The notes under the pieces are model-generated. The model made no database searches. It was not told where the DNA came from and was given only the letters and a program-made list of their open reading frames with translations. From Gemmatimonadota bacterium (lineage in GTDB: Bacteria > Gemmatimonadota > Gemmatimonadetes > Gemmatimonadales > GWC2-71-9), in the NCBI GenBank assembly GCA_003220795.1, contig QHTK01000058.1:756-64755 (forward strand): a stretch of DNA of 64,000 bases. Direction: 5' to 3'. Of this stretch, positions 26,958-35,031 are shown one piece after another (the first letter of the stretch is position 1; every line of letters begins with the position of its first letter). The position numbers were made by a program, and so were the translations under genes.

Positions 26958-27428
26958 GTTTGCCTGTTCTTGGCCGCCTGCACCCCCGTCACCACCCGAC
27001 CCGACTTCCTGCCGGACCCACGGGCCGCCCGGCTGGTACTCGACGCGCCCCCCGCGCGGGTGACCCCCGAGATCGCGGCACTCGTGACGGCGGAGAGCCT
27101 GCAGGTCGAGCGGATGAACGTGCTCGACGGGTATGTGGAGACGGCCTGGTACGACACGCAGTCCCGCCGGTCATTTCGGGGCACCGGAGACGTCCCCGAC
27201 CTCGCCGCCACGGTGAAGATCCGCTGCTGGGCGGATCCCTACGTGCCGGGACAGACGCACCTCACCGTGGAAACGGTGTCGCGCCCTCGCTACGACCCGT
27301 CCCGCACCGAGCGCGATCTCGAGGTGGTCGTGCCCAAGACGCACGCGGGACACACGATCGCCGACTCGCTCGTCGCGGCGCTCAAGAAGCGCTTTGGGAC
27401 ACCCAACTCCGCACCCACCGCTCCATGA
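26907..27428 (+). CDS. hypothetical lipoprotein
   Basis: It has a lipobox (CLFLAAC) followed by a non-repetitive 150-aa region. The start is uncertain: GTG 26907 lies in the hairpin loop, and ATG 26862 overlaps the upstream TAA. Part of the signal peptide is encoded by the right repeat arm. Confidence 0.5.
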   Translation: MPRDPTLLFRVPTSAFRVCLFLAACTPVTTRPDFLPDPRAARLVLDAPPARVTPEIAALVTAESLQVERMNVLDGYVETAWYDTQSRRSFRGTGDVPDLAATVKIRCWADPYVPGQTHLTVETVSRPRYDPSRTERDLEVVVPKTHAGHTIADSLVAALKKRFGTPNSAPTAP

Positions 27429-28200
27429 CGTCCAGATCCAGCATGGCGTCCCGGCACGGGCCGTTGGGGAGTCGCATCGTGAGCCCGAGGACCGGGAGCT
27501 TGCCGGCGACGTCCCGCAGACCGGTCGTCATGTCGCGCTCGCACGCCACGGCCACCACGGCTCGCGGGCGCCGCTCGCGGATCACGCGCCGCGCGAGCTG
27601 CCCGCGGGTCGCCACGAACACCGGTACCTCGTAGCGTCCGGCGATCGCCAGCACGCCATCCAGCGCCTGTTTCGAGAGACAGCGCGGGATCAACACCAGC
27701 AGCTCGCCCTTCCCCACGCTGCGCCGACGGCGCTCGGCGAGGGCGTTGTAGACGTCGATGGCGGCGTGCTCCGCCCAGTCCCGCCGACCGAAGAGGCGGG
27801 CGAGGTAGGAGGTGAAACTCATGACGTGCAGGTACGGCCCGCGCTCGAGCAGCCCCTCCGGCAGCAGCAGCACGCTTCCATAAAAGGAAAGCAGCAGCAG
27901 TACGAACCATAGCGCGCACGCGCCGGCCCCGACTGCCAGCGCGACCCACAGCAGCGCGGGCAGCGCGGGAAGCACGGCCTCGAGCCGCGGCGCGAGTAGG
28001 AAGATCAGCGCCCCGGTCGCACCGAAGCCGACCGCCAGTGTCAGGGCGGCGAGCCGGAAGAACAGTCCGGGAGGTGCCGAGAAGTCGCCGTTGCCGGGGA
28101 GCGGCTTGCCGTCCCACTCGTCCCACTCGTGACCCAGGCGGCGGTCTGTCTCGATATGGATGAGCTGGGCACGCGGCGCGTCGGCAGGCATCACGGTCAA
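27382..28200 (-). CDS. membrane protein, DUF116-like
   Basis: Two N-terminal TM helices are followed by a Cys-containing soluble domain (LIPRCLSK, VAVACERD, PNGPCRD). The family assignment is from memory only. Confidence 0.55.
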   Translation of the reverse strand: MTVMPADAPRAQLIHIETDRRLGHEWDEWDGKPLPGNGDFSAPPGLFFRLAALTLAVGFGATGALIFLLAPRLEAVLPALPALLWVALAVGAGACALWFVLLLLSFYGSVLLLPEGLLERGPYLHVMSFTSYLARLFGRRDWAEHAAIDVYNALAERRRRSVGKGELLVLIPRCLSKQALDGVLAIAGRYEVPVFVATRGQLARRVIRERRPRAVVAVACERDMTTGLRDVAGKLPVLGLTMRLPNGPCRDAMLDLDVMERWVRSWVSQSAS

Positions 28201-28241
28201 GCATCACCCGGGCGTCTGGCGGTGTCAAGCTGACAGCGCGC

Positions 28242-29858
28242 GTGGTAATTTCCACCGTGCCCCACGCGGCCCTTCTCCCTGCCCCTGTCCCCGGCCTCAC
28301 CACCGACGAGCGCGTCCGCGCCGCGTACTCAGAGGGCGCTGGGATCTACCGGATCGTCCCGGCCGGCGTCGCCCTACCGCGCGGCGTGGAAGAGCTGCAG
28401 GCGCTGGTGCGCTGGGCGGCGGAGACGCGCACCCCGCTGGTGCCGCGCGGGGCGGGCAGCGGCATGCCGGGGGGAGGGGTGGGGCGCGGGGTGGTGGTCG
28501 ACCTGAGTCCCGGATTCCACTGGATCGCCCCCGATTGGTCCCACCGCGCCGTATGGGTCGGCGCATCGGTCACGGCGGCGGACATCAGCGACGCGGCCCG
28601 TCCGTTCGGCCTGCGGCTCGCGCCCGACCCATCGTCGGGGGCGTTCGCGACCTCGGGCGGCCTGACGGCGACCAACGCCGCGGGGCCACGCTCGGTGCGC
28701 TGCGGCAGCGTGCGGGCGTGGGTCGACGCGGTCGAGATCGTCGAGGCCGACGGGACGGCGCGCCGGGTGACACGGGGAGCAGGGAGATGGGAGAGGTTCG
28801 TCGTGTCACCCGACCAGCGGCGGCTCGTCGACGCCCGCTTTCCCAAGACCCGCAAGAACTCGAGCGGCTACGCGTTGGACCGTTACGCCGAGTCGGGCGA
28901 CGAGCTGGATCTCCTGATCGGGGCCGAGGGGACGCTCGCGCTCGTCACCGCCGTGCGGTGGCGGCTCGAGCCGATCCCCCCCGACGTCGCCGGAGCGTCA
29001 CTCGGCTTCGGCAGCCTCGACGCGCTCGCCCAAGCGGTACCCTTTCTGATCGCGCTCAACCCGTCGGCCGTCGAGCTGCTCGACCGCACGTTCCTCGAGC
29101 TGGTGCGCGGCGATGGGCTCGACCTGCCCGGCGGCATCGAAGGGCTGCTCCTGGTGGAGTTCGAGCGCGACACTCGGGCTGCGGCGCGCGGCGTCGTAGG
29201 GGACGCGGTCCGCGGTCTCAAGACCTCGACGGTGCACGTCGCCACGGCGGTGGATCGGGGAGGGCTGGAGCGGCTCTGGTCCGTGCGAAAGCTCGCCAGT
29301 CCCGCACTCGCGCGCCTCCCTCCGTCACGGCGCTCGCTCCAGGTCGTGGAGGACGGCTGTGTGCCGCTCGAGCGGCTGGCGGAATACATCGCCGGCGTTC
29401 GCGCGGCGGCCGAGCGCTGCGGCGTGCCGGTCGCGCTGTTCGGCCACGCGGGCGACGGTCATGTGCACGTGAACGCCCTCCCCGACACGACCGTGCCGGG
29501 GTGGCAGGAGGCGCTCGCCGGTCTGTTCGCGGCGGTGACCGAGCTGCTTGTCAAGCTGGAAGGCACGCCGTCGGGGGAGCACGGCGACGGCCGCCTGCGC
29601 GCCGGGCTGCTGGAGCGGTTCTACGGCGCCGACGTGGTGGCACTGTTTCGCGATGTGAAGCGGGCGTACGACCCCCGGGCGATCCTCAATCCCGGTGTTA
29701 TACTCCCCTCGCCCGAGTGGGCGCCCCTCTCCGATCTGAAGGTCGGTGCGGCCGCGGCCCCGATCCCCGACGACATCGGCGCGCGCTTGCGCGAGATCGA
29801 ACGGACCGCCGGCTGGGCCACACCGAAGCTGGAGCTGGCGCGATCCTCGAGCCCCTAG
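28242..29858 (+). CDS. FAD-linked oxidase (GlcD / D-lactate dehydrogenase-like)
   Basis: The FAD-binding PCMH region reads PLVPRGAGSGMPGG. The C-terminal motifs are GHAGDGHVHVN and GEHGDGRLR. Confidence 0.85.
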   Translation: MVISTVPHAALLPAPVPGLTTDERVRAAYSEGAGIYRIVPAGVALPRGVEELQALVRWAAETRTPLVPRGAGSGMPGGGVGRGVVVDLSPGFHWIAPDWSHRAVWVGASVTAADISDAARPFGLRLAPDPSSGAFATSGGLTATNAAGPRSVRCGSVRAWVDAVEIVEADGTARRVTRGAGRWERFVVSPDQRRLVDARFPKTRKNSSGYALDRYAESGDELDLLIGAEGTLALVTAVRWRLEPIPPDVAGASLGFGSLDALAQAVPFLIALNPSAVELLDRTFLELVRGDGLDLPGGIEGLLLVEFERDTRAAARGVVGDAVRGLKTSTVHVATAVDRGGLERLWSVRKLASPALARLPPSRRSLQVVEDGCVPLERLAEYIAGVRAAAERCGVPVALFGHAGDGHVHVNALPDTTVPGWQEALAGLFAAVTELLVKLEGTPSGEHGDGRLRAGLLERFYGADVVALFRDVKRAYDPRAILNPGVILPSPEWAPLSDLKVGAAAAPIPDDIGARLREIERTAGWATPKLELARSSSP

Positions 29859-29875
29859 CCCCGAGCCCCGAGCTC

Positions 29876-30628
29876 ATGGAAATCTTCCGCGCCCCGCGCG
29901 TCACGCTGATCGCCCGGCCTGAGTTCCTCGAGCCCGAGCACCTGCGGGTGCAGTGGCGCGGCGACTCCTCTCCCGGGGAGCGGCTCGCGGAATTCGCCGG
30001 GCGGATCTGCTACATGAGCCAGCACAACCCCGCGCACCGCAGCACGGCGGAATATCTCGAGAACATCAAGAAGCAGGGACACGGCTCGGTGTTGGAGCAC
30101 GCAGTCTACGTGCTGTTGATCGAAGGGATCTCGCGCTCCTGCTCGCACGAGCTGGTGCGGCACCGGGCGGGCTTCGGCTACTCGCAGCTATCGCAGCGCT
30201 ACGTAGACGAATCCCACGCGGCGTTCGTCCTGCCGCCGGCGATCATCGGGGACGCGACGCTCGAGCGCGAGTGGGAACGCGAGGTCGCGGACGCCCAGGC
30301 GGCGTACGTGCGCGCCGTGGACGGGCTCATGCAGCGGTTCGAGTGGGTCGCCGACAAGGTGCACCGCCGGAAGCTGGCGCGTGAGGCCGCGCGCAGCGTC
30401 CTGCCGAACGCGACCGAGGTGAAGATCGTCGTGTCGGGCAACGCGCGCGCCTGGCGCACGATGCTCGAGCTGCGGTGCGGCGAGGGCGCGGAGCTCGAGA
30501 TCCGCCGGATGGCAATCGCATGTCTGCGCGCGTTGCAGCGGGAAGCCTCCGCGCTGTTCTCCGATTTCGAGATCTACGTCGCGGACGACACACAGGAAGC
30601 AGCGCGCGTCGCGTATCACAAAGTTTGA
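29876..30628 (+). CDS. thyX: FAD-dependent thymidylate synthase
   Basis: It carries the ThyX signature RHRAGFGYSQLSQRY (RHR-x7-S-x-RY) and HGSVLEH. The track ORF 28160..30628 is real only from ATG 29876. Confidence 0.92.
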   Translation: MEIFRAPRVTLIARPEFLEPEHLRVQWRGDSSPGERLAEFAGRICYMSQHNPAHRSTAEYLENIKKQGHGSVLEHAVYVLLIEGISRSCSHELVRHRAGFGYSQLSQRYVDESHAAFVLPPAIIGDATLEREWEREVADAQAAYVRAVDGLMQRFEWVADKVHRRKLAREAARSVLPNATEVKIVVSGNARAWRTMLELRCGEGAELEIRRMAIACLRALQREASALFSDFEIYVADDTQEAARVAYHKV

Positions 30629-30661
30629 GGTCCGACGTCGAAAAAAATCCGTACTTCCCTA

Positions 30662-30690
30662 TTGCGCATCCCGCCGACGCGTCGTATTGT
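30662..30690 (+). promoter_or_regulatory. candidate sigma70-type promoter with an embedded palindromic operator, upstream of the ATP-grasp/KamA cassette
   Basis: The element is TTGCGC (30662-67), a 17-nt spacer, then TATTGT (30685-90). The spacer contains the perfect palindrome CGACGCGTCG (30675-84). A related palindrome, CGACGTCG, lies at 30633-40. Confidence 0.35.
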
Positions 30691-30764
30691 CTACTCGACA
30701 GCGAGTTGCTGATTCCCGGACCGCACCAGCGGCCTTTTTTTGTAGGAGGTCACCCCGAGACCAC

Positions 30765-31856
30765 ATGCGCATCGGTCTCGCTTACAACCAGAAACCGGAC
30801 ACCGCGAACTCCGCCGCAGAGCCCTCGAGTACCAACGACGCGTTCGCCGAGTGGGACGACCCGTCCACCATCGCTGCGGTGGAGCAGGCTCTCGGTCTCT
30901 TCGGCAGCGTCGTCCGACTCGAAGCCGATCAAGCCTTCCCGCAGCAGGTCGCACTCACCCGCCCCGATCTCGTGTTCAACATGGCCGAGGGACTCCGGGG
31001 CCAGAGTCGCGAAGCGCTGGTGCCCGCGATCTGCGAGTACCTGAACATTCCGTACACGGGCTCCGATCCCCTGACGCTCGGGTTGTCACTCCACAAGGGG
31101 CGCACCAAAGAGATTCTCGCGTACCGCGGCGTGCCCACGGCGCCGTTTGCGTGCGTCGAGACGCAAGCGGAGCTGGAGCGGTTGCGGCTGCCGTTCCCCG
31201 TGTTCGTCAAGCCGGTCGCTGAAGGGTCTGGTAAAGGTGTATTCAGCAATAACTTATGCGACACGCCCGCGCGGTTACGTGAGCGCGCGCTGTTCCTGCT
31301 CGAGCGCTATGCGGAGCCGGTGCTGGTCGAGACATATCTCCCGGGCCCTGAGTTCACCGTGGCGATCCTCGGCAACGGGGCGGCGGCGTATTGTCTGCCG
31401 GTGATCGGTTTCGATTTCTCGGCGCTGCCACCCGGCGCGCCGCCCGTGTACGGCTACGAGGCCAAGTGGGTGTGGGACCGACCGGAAGCGCCGCTCGCGA
31501 TTTTCCAATGCCCGGCGCTCGTGCCGGCGGGCCTGTACGCCGAGATCGAGCGCACCGCCCTCGACGCCTACCAGGCACTCGGTTGCCGCGACTGGTGTCG
31601 CATCGACATCCGCGTCGATCGCTTCGGCGTGCCGAACATTCTCGAGCTCAACCCCCTGCCCGGAATCATCCCCGATCCCGCGATGAACTCGTGCTTTCCC
31701 AAGGCCGCGCGGGCGGCCGGCTTCGGCTACGACGAGTTGATCCAGGAGGTCGTTCGCATCTCCTGGCGGCGGCTGACGGGAAAAGACATCGCGGTGGGGA
31801 CACGCGGAGCGCCGCAGCATGCCGCGCCCCCGCAGGTCGCCGGGATCACGGCGTGA
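30765..31856 (+). CDS. ATP-grasp ligase, D-Ala-D-Ala-ligase-like but non-canonical (cassette gene 1)
   Basis: AGGAGG lies at 30744-49. The Ddl_C-type motifs are FPVFVKPVAEGSGKGV, VLVETYLPGPEFTV and ILELNPLPG. It lacks the canonical Ddl N-terminal GGxSxEHEVS motif and begins MRIGLAYNQKPD. Confidence 0.85.
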   Translation: MRIGLAYNQKPDTANSAAEPSSTNDAFAEWDDPSTIAAVEQALGLFGSVVRLEADQAFPQQVALTRPDLVFNMAEGLRGQSREALVPAICEYLNIPYTGSDPLTLGLSLHKGRTKEILAYRGVPTAPFACVETQAELERLRLPFPVFVKPVAEGSGKGVFSNNLCDTPARLRERALFLLERYAEPVLVETYLPGPEFTVAILGNGAAAYCLPVIGFDFSALPPGAPPVYGYEAKWVWDRPEAPLAIFQCPALVPAGLYAEIERTALDAYQALGCRDWCRIDIRVDRFGVPNILELNPLPGIIPDPAMNSCFPKAARAAGFGYDELIQEVVRISWRRLTGKDIAVGTRGAPQHAAPPQVAGITA

Positions 31857-32872
31857 GGATCGTCATCCTGTACGACCCGGGAGCCGCCGACTGGACCCCC
31901 GAGGACATCCGTGGCGTGATGAAGGCCGTGGACGAGATCGGGACGATCTTCGCCGCCCGCGGGCACGAGATCCGCAAGGTTCCGGTGCGGCACGACCTGC
32001 GATGGTTCGCGGTGGCGCGGCGGGCCGACCTCGTCTTCAACCTGTGCGAGGGCGTGCACGGCAAGAGCGAGTGGGAGGAGCACGTGGTCGGGTCGCTCGA
32101 GTTCGCCGGCGTCCCGATCACCGGCGCGAGCCTGTGGACGATCGCCGCCTGCCGTCGCAAGGCGGTCGCCAACGCCCTGCTCGCGCAGTCCGGTCTCCCG
32201 ATTCCGCGCTGGACCATCGCGCAGGGGAAGATCGACGACGACTTCCCGCTGCCCGCCATCGTCAAGCCGGCCGCCGAAGACGCGAGCGCCGGGCTCGACC
32301 GCGGCTCGGTCGTCGCCGACCGGAAGGCGCTGCGCGCCCGCGTCGCCGCGATGACCGAGCAGTTCGACGAAGTGCTCGTGCAGGAGTACATCGCGGGCCG
32401 CGAGTTCAACGTGGGGTTCGTCGGCACCCGCACCCTCCCCATCGCCGAGATCGATTTCACCCGCATGCCGGAAGGCGCCTGGCCGATTCTCACCTACGCC
32501 GGCAAATGGGAAGCCGGATCACCCGACGACCTGGGCAGCGTGCCCGTGTGCCCGGCCGCGATTCCCCAGAAGCTCGCCGAGCGGCTCGGCAAGCTGGCGG
32601 AGGCGGCGTGGCGGGTCATGCAGGGGAAAGGGTACGGCCGCGTGGACCTGCGGCTCGACCAAGAGGGGCGCCCCTGGGTCCTCGAGGTGAACCCGAACCC
32701 CGACTTGAATGACGATGCCGGCCTCTCCCGGATGGCGAAGGCGGCCGGCTGGGACTACGCGGAGCTGGTGCGCCGGATCGCGGAGGTGGCGCTCCGTGAC
32801 GCCCAGGGCGTGAGCGCGGCCCGTGACCTGCTTGCTCCGCCCCGTCGGGCGCGCGCAACGCGCACCGCTTGA
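31853..32872 (+). CDS. ATP-grasp ligase, D-Ala-D-Ala-ligase-like but non-canonical (cassette gene 2)
   Basis: It overlaps gene 1 by GTGA. The motifs are PAIVKPAAEDASAGL, VLVQEYIAGREFNVG and VLEVNPNPDL. Its N-terminus (VRIVILYDPGA) resembles that of gene 1, suggesting paralogy. Confidence 0.85.
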   Translation: MRIVILYDPGAADWTPEDIRGVMKAVDEIGTIFAARGHEIRKVPVRHDLRWFAVARRADLVFNLCEGVHGKSEWEEHVVGSLEFAGVPITGASLWTIAACRRKAVANALLAQSGLPIPRWTIAQGKIDDDFPLPAIVKPAAEDASAGLDRGSVVADRKALRARVAAMTEQFDEVLVQEYIAGREFNVGFVGTRTLPIAEIDFTRMPEGAWPILTYAGKWEAGSPDDLGSVPVCPAAIPQKLAERLGKLAEAAWRVMQGKGYGRVDLRLDQEGRPWVLEVNPNPDLNDDAGLSRMAKAAGWDYAELVRRIAEVALRDAQGVSAARDLLAPPRRARATRTA

Positions 32873-33323
32873 ACGGCTCACCCGGGCGACGGGTCTCTTC
32901 CGCCCCGAGGAGGTCGCGCTCGCGGTCGAGCTGCTCGACGATAACCTCGCCGGGGACGACGATTACCGATTCCTGGGTGCGTACGCGGGCGAGGACCTCG
33001 TGGGCTACGCCTGCTGGGGGCCCACCCCGGGAACACAGGGCACCTACGACCTGTACTGGATCGTCGTCGATCCGACCTGGCAAGGGAAGGGCGTCGGCAC
33101 GCGGCTCCTCGCCGCGGTCGAGCAAACGCTGATCGCCGACCGCGGTCGGCTGATTGTCGTCGAGACGTCGTCGCGCGCCGACTACGCGCCGACCCGCAGC
33201 TTCTACGAGCGGCGCGGGTACGCGCAGGCGGCTCGGCTCCGGGGGTATTACGCTCCGGCCGACGACTTGGTGATCTACCGGAAGGACTTGGTGGATGGCG
33301 TCCTGGCAACAACGACTGCGTAA
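32823..33323 (+). CDS. GNAT-family N-acetyltransferase (cassette gene 3)
   Basis: The acetyl-CoA motif A reads WIVVDPTWQGKGVGTRLL, followed by FYERRGY. It overlaps the gene 2 end. The start (GTG 32823 or a later TTG) is uncertain. Confidence 0.8.
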   Translation: MTCLLRPVGRAQRAPLERLTRATGLFRPEEVALAVELLDDNLAGDDDYRFLGAYAGEDLVGYACWGPTPGTQGTYDLYWIVVDPTWQGKGVGTRLLAAVEQTLIADRGRLIVVETSSRADYAPTRSFYERRGYAQAARLRGYYAPADDLVIYRKDLVDGVLATTTA

Positions 33324-34374
33324 CCAGAGCCTCGCCTCGCTGGAAGCCCTCGTCGCCCGGTTCGGGCCCGAGCACTTCCCCGACCTCGGGCGCCTGCGCC
33401 AGGCAGCCGAGAACTTCGAGTTCCGCATCTCGCCCGCCATGGTGGATCTCATCAAGTCGCCCGGCGACCCGATCTGGCGGCAATACGTCCCGGACCTCCA
33501 GGAGCTCGAAGTACACGACGGGATGGTGGATTCGCTCGCCGAGGACGCGCACTCTCCCGTCCCCAATATCACGCATCGCTACCCGGACCGGGCGTTGTTC
33601 CTCGTTTCGCCGGTGTGCGCCTCGTATTGCCGCTTCTGCACCCGGCGCCGCAAGGTCGGTGATCCCGAGAAGATCCCGCTGTCCCAGCTCGAGTCGGCGT
33701 TCCGCTACCTGGAACAGCACAGCGAGATCCGCGACGTCATCATGTCCGGCGGCGATCCCCTGCTCCTCTCGGATCGCCGGATCGAGGAGCTCTGCAAGCG
33801 GCTGCGATCGATTCCCCACCTCGAGATCATCCGGATCGGGAGCCGCATCCCGTGCCACCTGCCGGAACGAATCACGCCGGAGCTGTGCGACATCCTCGAG
33901 AAGTATCACCCCCTCTACATCAACACGCACTTCAACCACCCCGACGAGCTCACCCCGGCCGCGGTGCGCGCGCTCGGCATGCTCGCGGACGCCGGTGTCC
34001 CCCTGGGATGCCAGACCGTGCTCCTCAAGGGCGTGAACGACGACGCCGCGGTGATGAAGCGCCTGATGCAGAAGCTCCTCACCGCGCGGGTGCGCCCGTA
34101 CTACATCTATATGTGTGACCAGGTCGCGGGGGCGGAGCATTTCCGCACCACGGTCGAGAAGGGGCTCGAGATCATCAAGGCGTTGCGGGGCTGGACGTCT
34201 GGGCTCGCCGTGCCGCACTTCGTAATCGACGCGCCGGGCGGCGGCGGCAAGATCCCGCTCCTCCCGGAGTACGTCGAGTCCATCACGGACGAGGAAGTGG
34301 TGCTCCGGAACTACGCCGGACAGCGATACGTGTACAAGCAGCCGGAGGCAGCCGAGCCGATCCTCGTCGGCTAG
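33295..34374 (+). CDS. KamA-family radical-SAM/PLP 2,3-aminomutase (lysine 2,3-aminomutase-like; cassette gene 4)
   Basis: The radical-SAM cluster motif is CASYCRFCTRR. KamA-type motifs are SGGDPL, LLKGVNDD, VRPYYIYMCD, EHFRT and the PLP-lysine loop DAPGGGGK. It overlaps the GNAT gene by 29 nt. Confidence 0.9.
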   Translation: MASWQQRLRNQSLASLEALVARFGPEHFPDLGRLRQAAENFEFRISPAMVDLIKSPGDPIWRQYVPDLQELEVHDGMVDSLAEDAHSPVPNITHRYPDRALFLVSPVCASYCRFCTRRRKVGDPEKIPLSQLESAFRYLEQHSEIRDVIMSGGDPLLLSDRRIEELCKRLRSIPHLEIIRIGSRIPCHLPERITPELCDILEKYHPLYINTHFNHPDELTPAAVRALGMLADAGVPLGCQTVLLKGVNDDAAVMKRLMQKLLTARVRPYYIYMCDQVAGAEHFRTTVEKGLEIIKALRGWTSGLAVPHFVIDAPGGGGKIPLLPEYVESITDEEVVLRNYAGQRYVYKQPEAAEPILVG

Positions 34375-34901
34375 GGGTTGGCCTCGCCCCCCCCGCCTTC
34401 GCTTTTTCCCCAGCGTTTCCTCGGAACGCCCGCGACCCGACGCTCCCTCAAGTACCGTTGCAGCACCACCACCCGGGCGGCGTCCGCCCCCAGGAAGCGC
34501 CGGCCTTGCATGACCGTTCGAATGGCGCGCGTCAGATCCTCCACCGGGCCGGCCTTGTCGACGAAGCCGTGCGCGCCAGCCTCGAGCACGTCCAGCAGCT
34601 GCTGCTCCTGCGGCAACCCCGTGAGGATGAGCACCCTGGTCCCGGTACCCAGGGCGACGATGCGGCGCGTGGCCTCGAGCCCCCCCTGCCCCGGCATCGC
34701 CAGATCCATCAGGACGACGTCCGGCCGGACCGCGCGAACCCGCTCCACGGCCTCATCGCCGCGCCCGGCTTCGTCGACTACGGTGACACCCCGCTGCTTC
34801 TCCAGGAGCGCGCGCAGGCCGGCGCGGAAGACGACGTGATCGTCGACTAGCATGAGGCGGATGGGTGCACGCGAGCGGCGCGTGTGACCGATGGCAAACA
34901 T
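34371..34901 (-). CDS. response regulator with a NarL/FixJ-type receiver and no recognisable output domain
   Basis: The receiver motifs are IRLMLVDDHVV, PDVVLMDLAMPG and VLILTG. The ~45-aa C-terminal tail has no LuxR-type HTH. Confidence 0.8.
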   Translation of the reverse strand: MFAIGHTRRSRAPIRLMLVDDHVVFRAGLRALLEKQRGVTVVDEAGRGDEAVERVRAVRPDVVLMDLAMPGQGGLEATRRIVALGTGTRVLILTGLPQEQQLLDVLEAGAHGFVDKAGPVEDLTRAIRTVMQGRRFLGADAARVVVLQRYLRERRVAGVPRKRWGKSEGGGGEANP

Positions 34902-35031
34902 GGGCGTGCCCGCTGCAAAAGCCGTGCACCCTGCCGAGCGCAGTACCAGGGTAACTGGCGCGACATCGGAGATGCCTCGGCTCGTCAGTGTGTCGCGCGG
35001 TCGCTACACGTCCCTTGGATCCGCGGTGGCG

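Noticed and set aside
28160-29875. The N-terminal 570 aa of the 822-aa track ORF 28160..30628.
   Set aside because: This part is out of frame with, and overlaps, the well-supported FAD-linked oxidase gene, and it is extremely Arg/Gly/Ala-rich. Only the segment from ATG 29876 (ThyX) is real.
30629-30764. A lysine (L-box) riboswitch upstream of the aminomutase cassette.
   Set aside because: The leader is only 136 nt, shorter than a typical L-box aptamer plus expression platform, and I could not recognise the conserved L-box helices. I report it only as an unusual leader.
30765-32872. Annotating either ATP-grasp gene as the housekeeping D-alanine--D-alanine ligase (ddl).
   Set aside because: Both lack the canonical N-terminal GGxSxEHEVS motif. 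They are paralogous to each other, and they are operonic with a GNAT and a KamA-type enzyme rather than with mur/fts genes. A ddl function cannot be formally excluded without a genome-wide view.
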